Assembly: GCF_006345805.1 (NCBI RefSeq)
Contig: NC_042998.1
Coordinates: 69,998,001-70,062,000, forward strand
Reading direction: 5' to 3'
Source of the DNA: Octopus sinensis
Lineage: Eukaryota
Length of the DNA stretch: 64,000 nucleotides
Below are positions 1-11,854 of this stretch, in pieces (positions within the stretch are counted from its first letter, which is position 1; the number at the start of each line of letters is the position of its first letter). The notes under the pieces are model-generated. The model was not told the origin of the DNA. It saw nothing but the letters and a program-made list of their open reading frames with translations, and searched no databases. The position numbers were made by a program, and so were the translations under genes.

Positions 1-323
1 ACATAGCACATACACAAAATATATATACAAATACACCCACAGATTACTCGGTTGTATATGTCTGTGTGTCTTACGATATCACGTTACATAATAAATGAAA
101 GTCCTCTGAGACGCCAAATGTATCATTCCATTGCTGTATGGTGTATATGGTAATACCACAACAATACTGGTGGTGGTGGCCACCTATTGATAATGAATGT
201 GGCTAAAGGAGGTCAGATATGGACACGGACATTGATGGAACAATAAAAACAATTGTTGCTATCGACACCACCACAACTACCACCGCTAGCACCAACGTCA
301 TCATTGCTACCACGACCACCACT

Positions 324-444
324 CACTACGACGACGACGACGACGATGACCATCATCACCACATTAACCAATATCACTACCACAATCATCAGCACAAGAA
401 TAAGAATACAAGTACTACTACTACTACTACTACTACTACTACCT

Positions 445-499
<55 letters not shown>

Positions 500-540
500 C
501 ACCACCACTACTACTACTACTTCTACTAACACCACCGCTT

Positions 541-585
<45 letters not shown>

Positions 586-600
586 GTAGTAGTAGTAGTC
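324..600. repeat. Compound trinucleotide microsatellite (GAC/CAT/ACT/ACC, flipping to AGT)
   Basis: Direct reading; explains the poly-T/S/L ORFs at 213-635. Confidence 0.95.
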
Positions 601-830
601 GATGAAGAAAAGCAGTAACGGAAATAATTGAACATGAAAGCTAATTACTACCGCGACCACTGCTGCCATCGCCGACCGATGGACACTACTATTACCAGGA
701 GTCCCTCTACTTCACTTTTATAATCAATTTTATAATCAATTTTATTATTGAATTGTTGAATTGTTACCAGTTGAAGTACCATGCTAGCATTATGAGTTAT
801 ATACAGAGAATTATATAATATATAAAGAAG

Positions 831-1172
831 AAAGGGTAAAGGGTAAAGACCCCTTCGGTCACGAGTGTCCATGGGATTGCAGATAGAAAATTCATCTTCG
901 AGGTACAAGTCCGGGCAAGGTTGTTTTTGTGGAAGACCAGCAGTCGCCCATGCATTCGCGTCTCCTTTCTTCGTGCCACCTATGTTGCCCTAGGAAAGAG
1001 GCAAAGGCCGATACAACTTGGCACCAGTGACGTCACAACTCATTTCTACAGCTGAGTGAACTACAGTGACGCGAAATAAAGGGTCTTGCTCAAGAATAGA
1101 AAACACAGCCCAGTCCGGGAATCGATCCCACAACCTCACAATCATAAACCCGACACTCTAACCACTGATCCA
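831..1172 (-). mobile_element. tRNA-derived SINE, family C
   Basis: Minus strand has A-box-like TCAGTGGTTAGA, B-box-like GGATCGATTCCC, TTCTTGAGCAAG body and (TTTACCC)n tail; homologous to 15273-15550. Confidence 0.8.
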
Positions 1173-1221
1173 TACATACATACATACATACATACATACA
1201 TACATTATGTATGTATGTATG

Positions 1222-1255
<34 letters not shown>

Positions 1256-1273
1256 TGTATGTATGTATGTATG

Positions 1274-1311
<38 letters not shown>

Positions 1312-1358
1312 TACAAATATATATATATACACACACACACACATATATATATATATAA
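1171..1358. repeat. (CATA)n/(TATG)n, (TA)n, (CA)n microsatellites
   Basis: Direct reading. Confidence 0.95.
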
Positions 1359-2060
1359 TATTTTGGTGGAAAAGAGAGCGATTATATAACTCGAGGAAAC
1401 TTTATGGGTTGGGTACTACTATGAATACGTTCCAGAAATCCTTAGCCTGTCAGTGCTACCCAAGGTCACCTCCTGTTCGAAAGGTATTCTTCATGCCCAG
1501 CGCTGCAGTCACGTGGATGAGTCAGTGATGCATGCACAGCAGCAAAACCGTTTGTCATACACTTTTTCATAGTCTCAGCATTACTGATCTATGGAGTAAT
1601 ATCAGACAGCTGTTGTTGTGAACTCTGCTATGGGCCGTGTCCATTTTGAGGATTACCGGCCGTTTTCCTCTTGTGGCTCTAGTGCAAAAGGTTGTATAGA
1701 GAATGAGTCTAAAGGACTAATGACATGTCTCGCAAGCTTTTTCAAGTTCTGCTTTCCTTTGCCAAAAGGTGGGTAACTGTGGCGAAAATGGTAAATATGA
1801 AAGGAACTACTCTAAGCTTGCGCCTGTAGATCAAAGAACATTTGAGAGAGGGCATGTGCCTTTGGTGATCAGGTTGATCTTGAATCTGTTAGATTCCTTG
1901 ACTGGCCCTAGTAGAAGAATCGAATGGGCTTTATCATCCACGTATTCATGTATTTGGATATTTTATTATCTTCTTCATCGATTTTACCCACATCATATAT
2001 AATCTGTCCTGTAATGATCTCTTCATCCGACGCCCGCGAATAAAAAAATCCGTATTATTA

Positions 2061-2270
2061 GATGACATGGCAGAACTGTTAGGGCGCGGGATAAAATGTT
2101 TAGCAGCATTTCTACCAACTCCACTCTCTGGGTTCAAATCCTGCCGTGGTCAACTTCGCCTTACATCTTTTCGGGGTCGGTAAAAGAATCAACCTAGTCC
2201 TGGGGTCGATGTAACCTACTACTCCAACCTTCCCTCGAAATTGCTAACCTTGGGCCAAAACTTGAAAGTA
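2061..2270 (+). mobile_element. SINE family B (B2-type tail), diverged
   Basis: TGGCAGAA A-box, GGTTCAAATCC B-box, CTTTTCGGGGTCG core; aligns to 5992-6223. Confidence 0.75.
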
Positions 2271-2303
2271 TTTGAAATCCTTATTATTTGCAGGTGTACT
2301 AAT

Positions 2304-2484
2304 GCGGCCAACTGGCAGAACCTTTAGCACACTGGAGAAACTGCGCAGCAGCATTTCGTCCGTCGCTTAGATTCTGAGTTCAAACTCCACCGCGGTCGAC
2401 TTTCCTTTTCTTCTTTTCAGGGTCGATAAAATGACCCTTTCTCGATGTTGCTAGGCTTGCTTGCCTTGTATCAGAATTTGAAAT
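2304..2484 (+). mobile_element. SINE family B, diverged with internal deletion
   Basis: CTGGCAGAA...GAGTTCAAACTCC...GGTCGACTTT...GGGTCGATAAAA. Confidence 0.75.
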
Positions 2485-2619
2485 CGTTGAGTAATCTCCT
2501 CTCTGAGGATTCGATCACATGTTTGTATACTAACTAGAACAGCACTCTGTATAAGCATCTACTTCTTGTAACCTGCCCCTGTAATATCCTTAACTTGTAG
2601 AATAATATAGAAGAGATTA

Positions 2620-3096
2620 TCATTACAACTTCAACAACAGCAACAAGAACAACAAGAGCAAAAATATTTGAATATGAAAGCCATTTCGTTTCCATTTCCC
2701 GCTATCATTTACTGGAATTTCCGACTGTGTCTGTTGCTGCTGCTACAGCTGCTGCTGCTGCTAGTACAATTAGCTGCTGCTGTTGTTGCTGGTAAAACTG
2801 CTGCTGCTGTTGTTGCCGCTGCTGCTGGCGTTCAGTGCTCAATGATGGTCAAGTGTGGCCGTTATAGTTGTTGTCGTTGCCATTGGTCAGTATTGGTTGA
2901 TCTCAAGGGGGTCATTAAAACTAAGAGCGTTTGCCAATCAATTATGTCGACTTCTGTGTGTGTGTGCGTGCGTGTGTGAGTATGCGTGTGTGTGTGTGTT
3001 AGCGTATGTGTCATTGTAAATGTTCCTTTGTGTGTGTGTGTGTGTAACTGAGATAGGTTTCTAAAGCGAGTAAAGAGGAGACAACATAACAATAGC

Positions 3097-3127
<31 letters not shown>

Positions 3128-3280
3128 CAAACAACAAATAACAACAGAAACAGAGACAGCAACAACAGTAAAAACAACAATAGCAATTAAAGCAGATACA
3201 ATAGTAACAACAGTAAGAACAACAGAAACAAGAATAGCATTAACAACAATAACAACAGTAACGAAAACAACAACTAGGAT
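2620..3280. repeat. (CAA)n, (CTG/TTG)n and (GT)n simple repeats
   Basis: Direct reading. Confidence 0.85.
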
Positions 3281-3513
3281 ACATTAAAAACTCAACATCT
3301 GACCAAGGTCAGAATCTTCATATCATATCCATGAAAGTATGGAACAACAGAAGGACATGAATACAGTAGACACAGCGGACATCGAAGTATGGAACAACAG
3401 AACGATACTAGAGGAGACACGGTAGATATAAAAATATGGAATAATGAGATAATGCTTGTGTGGATATTCATGCCAGAGATGGATACATGCATATGCATAT
3501 ACGCTCTTTGACA

Positions 3514-3720
3514 TGTGTGTTTGTTCTTCGCCACCGCTTGACAACTGGTGTTGGTGTGTTTACGTCACTGTCGCTTAGTGTTTCGGCAAAAGAGACTTAT
3601 AAAATAAGTACTACGGTTTAAAAAGGTCCTGGGGTCGATTTGTTCGACTAAAAATTCTTCAAGGCGGTACCCAGGCATGACTGCATCCTAATGACTGAAG
3701 CAAGTAAAAGATAAAAGATA
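3514..3720 (+). mobile_element. SINE family A, 3' half
   Basis: CGCTTGACAAC...TTCGGCAAAAGAGAC...GGGGTCGATTTGTTCGAC...(AAAGAT)n tail. Confidence 0.8.
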
Positions 3721-4063
3721 TCTTTCTCAATACAAAGCCTCGTAGCCTGGGAGTCTGTTGGGCCCACCACAACCGTGAGATCATGGATTCAATACGTAGA
3801 ACTAAAAAACGCGTTGTATTCTTCAAAAAGGCACTTCATTTCGGCTGGTTCTACACAAGTTACATCCGTTGCAGAGTGGGATCTCCTAGACGATTAGCAC
3901 CAATTTTTGCAATAGTAAGATGTCAACGGTCTTTGATGGCTACATCACATTGAGTCTATTCCTCAATAGATCACTAACACTGATATTACCCCATCTGCTT
4001 ATCTCATTGTTTCTAGAATCTCGTCTTTACAGTGTACGCTTGCAAAAGTTATATCTACATCGT

Positions 4064-4340
4064 GAAGGCTCGTTGTCAAGTGGTTAGGGTGTTGGCCTCA
4101 TGATCGAAAGATCATGGTTTCGATTCTCTAACGACCAGTGCGTTGTGTTCTTGAGCAAAATTGTTCATTTCACGTTGTTCCAGTTCACTCAAGTGTAAAT
4201 GGGTAACCTTGAGGCGGACTGGCGTTCCTTCTGCTCAAGGGAAATATTGGCTTGCCTGCCTGCCTGTCCATCATTCAAAAACTACAACAGTGGGAAGTGC
4301 ATTGTGACCAGCCGTGTATAACAACAAAGTGATTAAGATG
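4064..4340 (+). mobile_element. SINE family C variant
   Basis: AGTGGTTAGG A-box, GTTTCGATTC B-box, GTGTTCTTGAGCAAAA...CCAGTTCACTCA body. Confidence 0.7.
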
Positions 4341-4412
4341 GAAGAGGGTGACACAAAAACATGGTCGAAGAAGCTGTGATGACAGTTTGATATAAAGCAA
4401 GTACTCTAGACA

Positions 4413-4541
4413 CAGGTATGGCTGTAAGAGGCTTGCTTTCCAACCACATGGTTCAAGTTCAGTCCCACTGCGTGACTATAGCTCTGGGCTGACCAAAGGC
4501 ATGTGAGTGGATTTGATCGACGGAATCTGAAGAAGCTCATC

Positions 4542-4622
<81 letters not shown>

Positions 4623-4628
4623 AAATAT

Positions 4629-4671
<43 letters not shown>

Positions 4672-5175
4672 CGCGGGTTCGAATCTCAGACCGGGTGCAG
4701 TGGGTGTGTGTTTATGAGCGAAACCCTAGCTCCACCACGGCGAACCTCTGTGTGTAGTCTATTAGCCTCAACCATCTTCACTCTTTCCTTCTGCAGCTTC
4801 GCCCCCAGCCATCACCTGCGAAGAAACCTGGCCCACCGGCGTCCCGTCCAGGTTAAGAAACCTATACGCCAAGGAAACCGGGAAACTTGTCCTCATGAGC
4901 CAGGCATGGCTCGAGAAGGAACAAACAACATATATATATATTATATATCTTATGTATATATCTATGCGTATGTTTTTGTGTCTTTGTTTGTCTCTCCACC
5001 ACCGCTTGACATCTGGTTTACGTCCTCGTTTGGCAAAAGAGACTCATTGAATAAGTACTAGGTTTTAAAAAACATAAATGCTGGCGTCGATACATTCAAC
5101 TAAAAATTTTTCAAGGCGGTGCCCCAGCATGGCCGCAGTCTAATGATTGAAGCAAGTAAAAGATAAATGATAAAA
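4413..5175 (+). mobile_element. SINE family A, split by a nested SINE D in its central microsatellite
   Basis: 5' half 4413-4545 and 3' half 4968-5175 are collinear with the intact copy at 55959-56365. Confidence 0.8.
4670..4930 (+). mobile_element. SINE family D, 5'-truncated, nested
   Basis: GCGGGTTCGAATCTCAGACCGGG B-box region and TTTATGAGCGAAA block shared with 25223-25330; ends in (ACAA)n-like tail. Confidence 0.7.
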
Positions 5176-5556
5176 GAGAGAATGAGAGAAGAGAGGGGGA
5201 GAGAAATAGGGAGAGACAGAGATAGTGCGAAATAGAGATAGTGGGAGAGAGATAGTGCGAGAAAGAGATAATGGAGAGAGAGAGAAAGGGAGAAAGAGAG
5301 ATAGTGTCAGAGAGAGAGAGAGAGAAAGTTAGAGAGATAGAAAGATAAAGAGATAATGAGAGAAAGAGAAAGAGAGGAAGAGAGATACTGTGAGACAGAG
5401 ATAGTGAGAGATAGAAAGAAAAATAGATAATGAGAGAAAGAGGGATTGTGTGTGAGAGAGAGAAAGAGATAATGAGAGAGAGAAAAAGAGAGGAACAGAG
5501 ATAGTATGAGAGAGAAATAGTGAGAGCGAGATAGTGTGAGAGAGGAGAGAGAGAGA
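5176..5556. repeat. Degenerate (GA)n purine-rich tract
   Basis: Direct reading. Confidence 0.9.
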
Positions 5557-5991
5557 TCAGCAATTTGAAAGGTTTAGTATGAGCTGTGTATATCGTAAAA
5601 CTGACAGAGTGTTAGGTAAAATACAAAGCAAAAATATAGTCGTGACATGCTAGCGAGTATGACTTACTGTCACGTACCATGCCTTCGCAAATTGCATAAG
5701 GTGCCTATGTGGTGACGAGCAGACAAAGGCACATTTTCAGACGTCTCACTTTTAACCCAGTAGATGATAGTGGATGTGACAGCTGGAGCGACAGAGAGAG
5801 AGAGAGAGAGAAAGGGAAAGAGGAAGAGAGAGGGAGAGAGAGAGGGGGGGACAGAGGGAGGGGGGTAGGTACAAGGCTGGTACTAGTTTTTAAACAGTGA
5901 CCTGGATCAACAATACAATGTATCGCCAGTTCAGGAATCGAGCCTACTTCTTTAGAATCGTCACTATTATACCATAAACGATATATACAAA

Positions 5992-6223
5992 GGCGGCGAG
6001 CTGGCAGAAACGTTAGCACGCCGGGCGAAATGCGTAGCCGTATTTCGTCTGCCGTTACGTTCTGAGTTCAAATTCCGCCGAGGTCGACTTTGCCTTTCAT
6101 CCTTTCGGGGTCGATTAAATAAGTACCAGTTACGCACTGGGGTCGATATAATCGACTTAATCCGTGTATCTGTCCTTGTTCGTCCCCTCTGTGTTTAGCC
6201 CCTTGTGGGTAGTAAAGAAATAG
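5992..6223 (+). mobile_element. SINE family B (B1-type tail), full length, young
   Basis: GGCGGCGAGCTGGCAGAA head, GAGTTCAAATTCC B-box, near identity to 44008-44217. Confidence 0.9.
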
Positions 6224-6228
6224 ATGTA

Positions 6229-6594
6229 TACTCTTTTACTTGTTTCAGTCAAGTGACTGCGGCCATGCTGAAGCACCGCCTTTAGTCGAGCAAATCGACC
6301 CCAGGACTTATTCTAGTACTTATTCTATCGGTACCTTATGCCGGACCGCTAAGTTACGGGGACGTAAACACACCAGCATCAGTTGTCAAGTTGGGGCGGG
6401 GGGACAAATATAGACACAAACATATACACACACATACATATATACATATATACAACGGGCTTCTTTCAGTTTCCGTTTGGTCGGCCCCGAGGCTATAATA
6501 GAGGACACTTGCCCAAGGTACCACGCAGTGGGACTGAACCCGGAACCATGTGGGTCGTAAGCATGCTACTTACCACCCAGTCACTCCTACGCCT
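6229..6594 (-). mobile_element. SINE family A, near full length
   Basis: Reverse complement matches 55959-56365; tail-to-tail with the B1 copy. Confidence 0.85.
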
Positions 6595-6601
6595 ATATAT
6601 T

Positions 6602-6632
<31 letters not shown>

Positions 6633-6839
6633 TATAATAATACGTAACTTGTTTCCATGGTGTGTTTTGTTGTTTCCGCGTGGATTAAAATTATATTATG
6701 TATATATATATATAAGCGTGTGTGTGTGTACGCGTGATTGAGTGCGCGCACGCGCGCTTCTATGTGTATGTATGCATGTATGTGTGCATATGAGTGATTG
6801 TGTGAGAAAGAAAGTGAGAGGAAGAGGGAGAGAGAAAGG

Positions 6840-6894
<55 letters not shown>

Positions 6895-7260
6895 AAGCTG
6901 TTTTTATTAACTGTACCTACTAAAAGCTCCATTTAACTGATAAGATAATATTAGGGTAATGGTACAAATAGTAGTGTGGTAGGATTGCTATCGTGATATT
7001 GAGATTAACAAATGCCTCTCTAGTAGATGGCGCATAACACACACACACCCATCTCTGTTTCACTCTGTCTTTCGTATACACACACACACACACACTATCA
7101 CTCTCAAACACACACGTACTCACACGAGCACATGCACATGCACACACACACACACACACCATACAGACGCATATAGGTATCCATATATGCACATATATTT
7201 ATACATATATGCATACACACAAATACGCATGCATATTTATGTTTAAGTTTATGTTTATGT

Positions 7261-7300
7261 TTTCCAGTTTCAGCTCTTGAGCTGTGGCCATGCTGGGGCA
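7261..7300 (-). mobile_element. Orphan 40-bp 3' terminus of the CR1-type LINE family
   Basis: Minus strand TGCCCCAGCATGGCCACAGCTCAAGAGCTGAAACTGG matches the LINE end at 28621-28650. Confidence 0.6.
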
Positions 7301-7624
7301 CATATATATATATATATTATATATATATATATATTATATATATACTATATTATACACACATACCTACATACATACATACGTGTATACATATATATAGGAA
7401 TACATAATACATACATACATACATACATACATACATACATACATACATACATACATACATACATTTTTTTTTTTACGAAGAAAATTCGGTTATCGGTTTC
7501 ATTAAATAGTCTATTTCGAAGTGACTGCCAGCCTTTTCCGCTTAAAAATAATAAATGTTTGTATGTATGTATGTATGTATGTATGTATGTATGTATGTAT
7601 GTGTGTGTGTATGTGTGTGTTTGT

Positions 7625-7660
<36 letters not shown>

Positions 7661-7664
<4 letters not shown>

Positions 7665-7720
7665 CATAGTAGTGGCTGTGCGGTAAGTAGCTTGCTTACC
7701 AACCACATGGCTCTGTGTTT
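7661..7720 (+). mobile_element. SINE family A head fragment
   Basis: AGTGGCTGTGCGGTAAGTAGCTTGCTTACCAACCACATGG. Confidence 0.75.
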
Positions 7721-8047
7721 CGAAGGTAAGGGCATTCGAAACACGGAGTAGTCGCAGCAGGGGCAGCTGAAGAAGGGGAATGTTCCTTGTGTTGTATGTC
7801 TTGTACTCTGTTTTTTCGTTGTTTGAAAAAGTCCGTTTCCATGTTCTTGTTTTTATGTTTTCGTTTCTCGTTGTGTTCTACGTTTTTTTTTTTTTTTGGT
7901 GTCCTGTAACCATATATGCATGTATATATACTTATAGATGTAGGTATGTACATATATGTATGTATGTATGTATGTATGCATATTTTTTATTTATTAATTT
8001 GTTATTATATGATCGAATGCCACGCACCCACTTCAAGTATATATATA

Positions 8048-8132
<85 letters not shown>

Positions 8133-8134
<2 letters not shown>

Positions 8135-8340
8135 CAGGTGAGTAAAAAGTACGCTACGTTTTGAATCATAAAGAATTTGTACCGCATTATTTTCAAAACA
8201 CCAACTCTTTGGAATTTCCACTCTGTATGCAGTTATTCCTTACAACCACCAGTTTGGAAAAAGTTCAAGAGGAACATATTAAAGACAGCCTCGCCGATTT
8301 CGTTAGGACCGAAGAAACCAGCGGTGCAGTCCTTGCTTCC
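8133..8340. mobile_element. Possible Tc1/mariner terminal fragment
   Basis: TA-TCAGGTGAGTAAAAAGT resembles Tc1/mariner TIR starts next to a TA array; no partner TIR found. Confidence 0.3.
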
Positions 8341-8344
8341 AGAT

Positions 8345-8526
8345 AATAATCCTTTCTACTATACCCACAGGGTGAAATTCTGCTTCACTTGTTCTTTTTT
8401 TATCGGCCCCGAAACGATGAAAGGCAAAGTCGATCTCCGTGGAATTTGAACTGTGAACGTAAAGACAGGCGACATATTACTAAGCATTTAGTCCGGCATG
8501 CTATCAATTCTGTCAACTCGGCGCCT
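8345..8526 (-). mobile_element. SINE family B
   Basis: GATGAAAGGCAAAGTCGA...GAATTTGAAC on the plus strand. Confidence 0.75.
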
Positions 8527-8530
8527 TAAT

Positions 8531-8740
8531 ATTGGTTTGAAATTTTAGCACAAGGCCAGCAGTTTTCGGGAGAGGAGTTAAGTCGATTAGATCGACCCCA
8601 GTATTCAACTGGTACGTAATTTATCGACCCCGAAAGGATGAAAGGCAAGTCGACCTCGGAGGAGTTTGAACTCAGAATGTAAAAATGGGCGAAATGCAGC
8701 TAAGAATTTAGCCCGGCGTGCTAACGATTCTGCCACCTCA
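8531..8740 (-). mobile_element. SINE family B (B2-type tail)
   Basis: Core and TTGAAATTTTAGCACAAGGCC tail on the plus strand. Confidence 0.85.
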
Positions 8741-8913
8741 GTACAACATGATTCTGTATCTGTTGTTCTGTTGATTCCGACACTCCCCATCTTTGGACAC
8801 GCATCTCCCCTCTTCTCTTTGCCCATATTTCGATTTCCAACCTCACCAATATATTCCACTCACCTCATTGTCCAGTTCTTACCCTTCAAAACACCAACTC
8901 TGGAACCGCCCCT

Positions 8914-9060
8914 TCCCCCAGTATTCAATTGATAATTATTTTATCGATCCCGAAAGGATGAAATGCAAAATCAATCTCGGTGGAGTTTGAACTCAGAACG
9001 TAAAAACGAGTGAAATACAGTATTTAGCCCGACCTGCTAACGATTCTGCCACCTCGCTGC
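8914..9060 (-). mobile_element. SINE family B, partial
   Basis: TATCGATCCCGAAAGGATGAAA...TTTGAACTCAGAAC...CTAACGATTCTGCC. Confidence 0.75.
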
Positions 9061-9078
9061 TTTTGGCCCTGTCCCTAT

Positions 9079-9284
9079 ATTAGTTTCACATTTTGGCACA
9101 AGGCCAGTAATTTTAGGGGAAGGGTAAATCGACCTCAGTGCTCAACTGGTACTTATTTTATGGACCCCGAAGGAATGAAACGTAACGTTGACCTCAGTGG
9201 AATTTCAACCGAGGACGTAAAGACGGTCGAAATGTCTCTGAGTATTTTGTCCGGCGTGCATATGATTCAGCTAACTCGCCGCCT
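9079..9284 (-). mobile_element. SINE family B (B2-type tail), diverged
   Basis: Same blocks as 8531-8740. Confidence 0.75.
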
Positions 9285-9332
9285 CTTTCCAGATAAATAT
9301 AATGAAATATACAAATAGAATAAATAAACTCG

Positions 9333-9559
9333 TTTATCTTTTACGTGTATCAGTCATTGGACGACAGTCATGTTGGGGTGGGTATCACGTGGGTTTTAGT
9401 CGAACGAATCGGTCCTAGAAGAAAAATCCGGATACTCATTCTATCGGCATGCTTTTACCGAAACGATATGCTTGGGAGACATAATCCAACACTGGTTGTT
9501 AAGCGGTGATGAGGGACAAACAAAAACATAAAGATATACGCACATAGATACACGCACGC

Positions 9560-9623
<64 letters not shown>

Positions 9624-9856
9624 ACACACACACACACTCACACACACACACACACACGCACGCACACACACATGCACACACACACATGTAGAACAAGCTT
9701 CTTTCACTTTCCGTCTACGAAATCCACTCACAATGCCTTTGGTCGGTTCGGCCTTGGGCTATAGTTGAAGACACATATCCAAGGCACCACGCAACGTGAC
9801 TGAACCCAGAACCATGTGGTTGGGAATCAAACTTCTTACCATGCAATCATGCCTGC
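9333..9856 (-). mobile_element. SINE family A, diverged, with long (CA)n centre
   Basis: Both halves recognisable around the (CA)n at ~9540-9690. Confidence 0.8.
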
Positions 9857-10367
9857 AAAAGCGAGAAGCAAGAAGGAAGTTGAGATTCGTTTATTAGCTG
9901 CGTTGGCAGCCATTTTGTTGTCAGCCTAACAGAATGACATTCAGCTGGAATTCTGTGTGGATGACAAAGAGAAGACAATGTGTGTAGGATAAAGGAAAGA
10001 ATGGTGCTATTGAGAGTTTGGTAAATAAGAAGAGGGGAAAATAAGAAGGGGTTAGAGAAGGGGTGTATATTGCAAGATGGTATACAGATACATAGAGATT
10101 AAGTAGAGAGTGAGAGAGAAAGAGAGAGAGAGAGAGAGGGGAGGAAAAATGAAAGTGAAGTAAACAAATAGATCAACGGATCGATAATCGATGAGTAGCT
10201 ATATGGGGAGTCCCACCCACCCACACACATTAATAGAGCGACTTATAAACACATTCAAATATAAATGTCCAAACACGCATAGATACAAAGATACATACAA
10301 AAACACAAATATATGCATACATGTGCTAATACATTCAGATAGGTAGATTGATACATATATACATACA

Positions 10368-10426
<59 letters not shown>

Positions 10427-11756
10427 CATACATGCATATGTATATGTGGTGTATGTGTATGTATGTATATACATACGTAAGCATTGAGAGAGAGGTGAAT
10501 ACTTACATTATGCAAACATACGCATACATCCATACTACATAAATCCATTCCATCCATCCTTCCATCCATCAACACATCCAGCCTGCTTGTCAGCCAGCCA
10601 GACAGACAGGCAACCACCCGACCAGCCAGCCAGCCAGGCAGCCATCCATCCACCCATCCAGTCAGCCGTACATACATGCACCCATATTCGCACATAAATT
10701 AACACATATCCATCTACTTACCGATTCAACCAAATGAGTTTGTGTGTGTGTGTGTATGTGGATATATGTATAAATATATAAAGGGAGAGATAAACCAAGC
10801 AGGAATTTGAGATGCAGTGATTGACAATGGATCGGACGGACGGACAGACAGACAGGTAAATTGACTGGATCGCTTGATAGGAATAGAATGGCAGATAGAA
10901 TGCCCCCCCCCCAAAAAAAAAACGAGTAGATGTAGATAACACATAGACATACACATGCACACACGCAGACACTTCCACGCATACATATACATAGATAACA
11001 CACACACACACACACACACATAAATATATGCGTGTCTCTGCGTATGAGCATGTTTGCATAAGATGTGATGTAGGTGAATAATGGATAGTACGCTTGAGGA
11101 GTCACGACTTATTGGTTAAAGCTGACAGCATTCTGCCACATATAATATAACCCAATCAATAAACTAATTAATCGATTGGTTAATCAAGTAATCGATTAGT
11201 CACGCAATAATTTATCTCTTCCATTCACAACACTTGCTGCCACAGTTACTACTATCGATCGGGGTTCGCTCCATTGCACTGTGTATCGTCACGCTGAGGT
11301 GTTGTGTACGTCACTAATCAATGTGGTAGACGTCACACAGCTGTTGTTGTCGACATCATAAATCTTTTTTTTTAATTATTTTTGTGTGTTTGCGCGTGTA
11401 TAGTTTACTTGAGTTGTGTATATGTATGTATGTCTACAAATAGAGAAAAAGCATGTTTCACACCCAAAAAGAAAGCTATTTCTTTGGAATACTGTCAGGT
11501 TTCATATACGTATGTAATAAAGGGAACACACAAATTTCAGCCAATAGAGAGTTTCCAAACAATTTGTTGGTAAAAACCTTCATCGAAATGTATTTAAAAC
11601 CTAAAACCTCAAGCAAAGAATCGAAAAATCTCTACAAAATAAGCAGATCTGTCTATTTCATACAAATAAGGTTTCTTCAAAAGCAATGTATTACTGTCAA
11701 TATTAACTAGGTAGTTATGTATGTATGTTTGTATGTGTCCGTCAATCCGTCCGTCT

Positions 11757-11757
11757 T

Positions 11758-11788
<31 letters not shown>

Positions 11789-11790
11789 GC

Positions 11791-11853
<63 letters not shown>
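11757..11853. repeat. (GTCT)n(ATCT)n compound tetranucleotide microsatellite
   Basis: Direct reading. Confidence 0.95.

Positions 11854-11854
<1 letters not shown>

Noticed and set aside
213-635. Poly-Ser/Thr/Leu ORFs, and similar poly-YI, poly-VC and poly-HT ORFs throughout
   Set aside because: Stop-free microsatellite artefacts.
3740-4040. Mariner-like HTH remnant on the minus strand (DVAIKDR*HLTIAKI)
   Set aside because: Similarity too short and interrupted; no TIR found.
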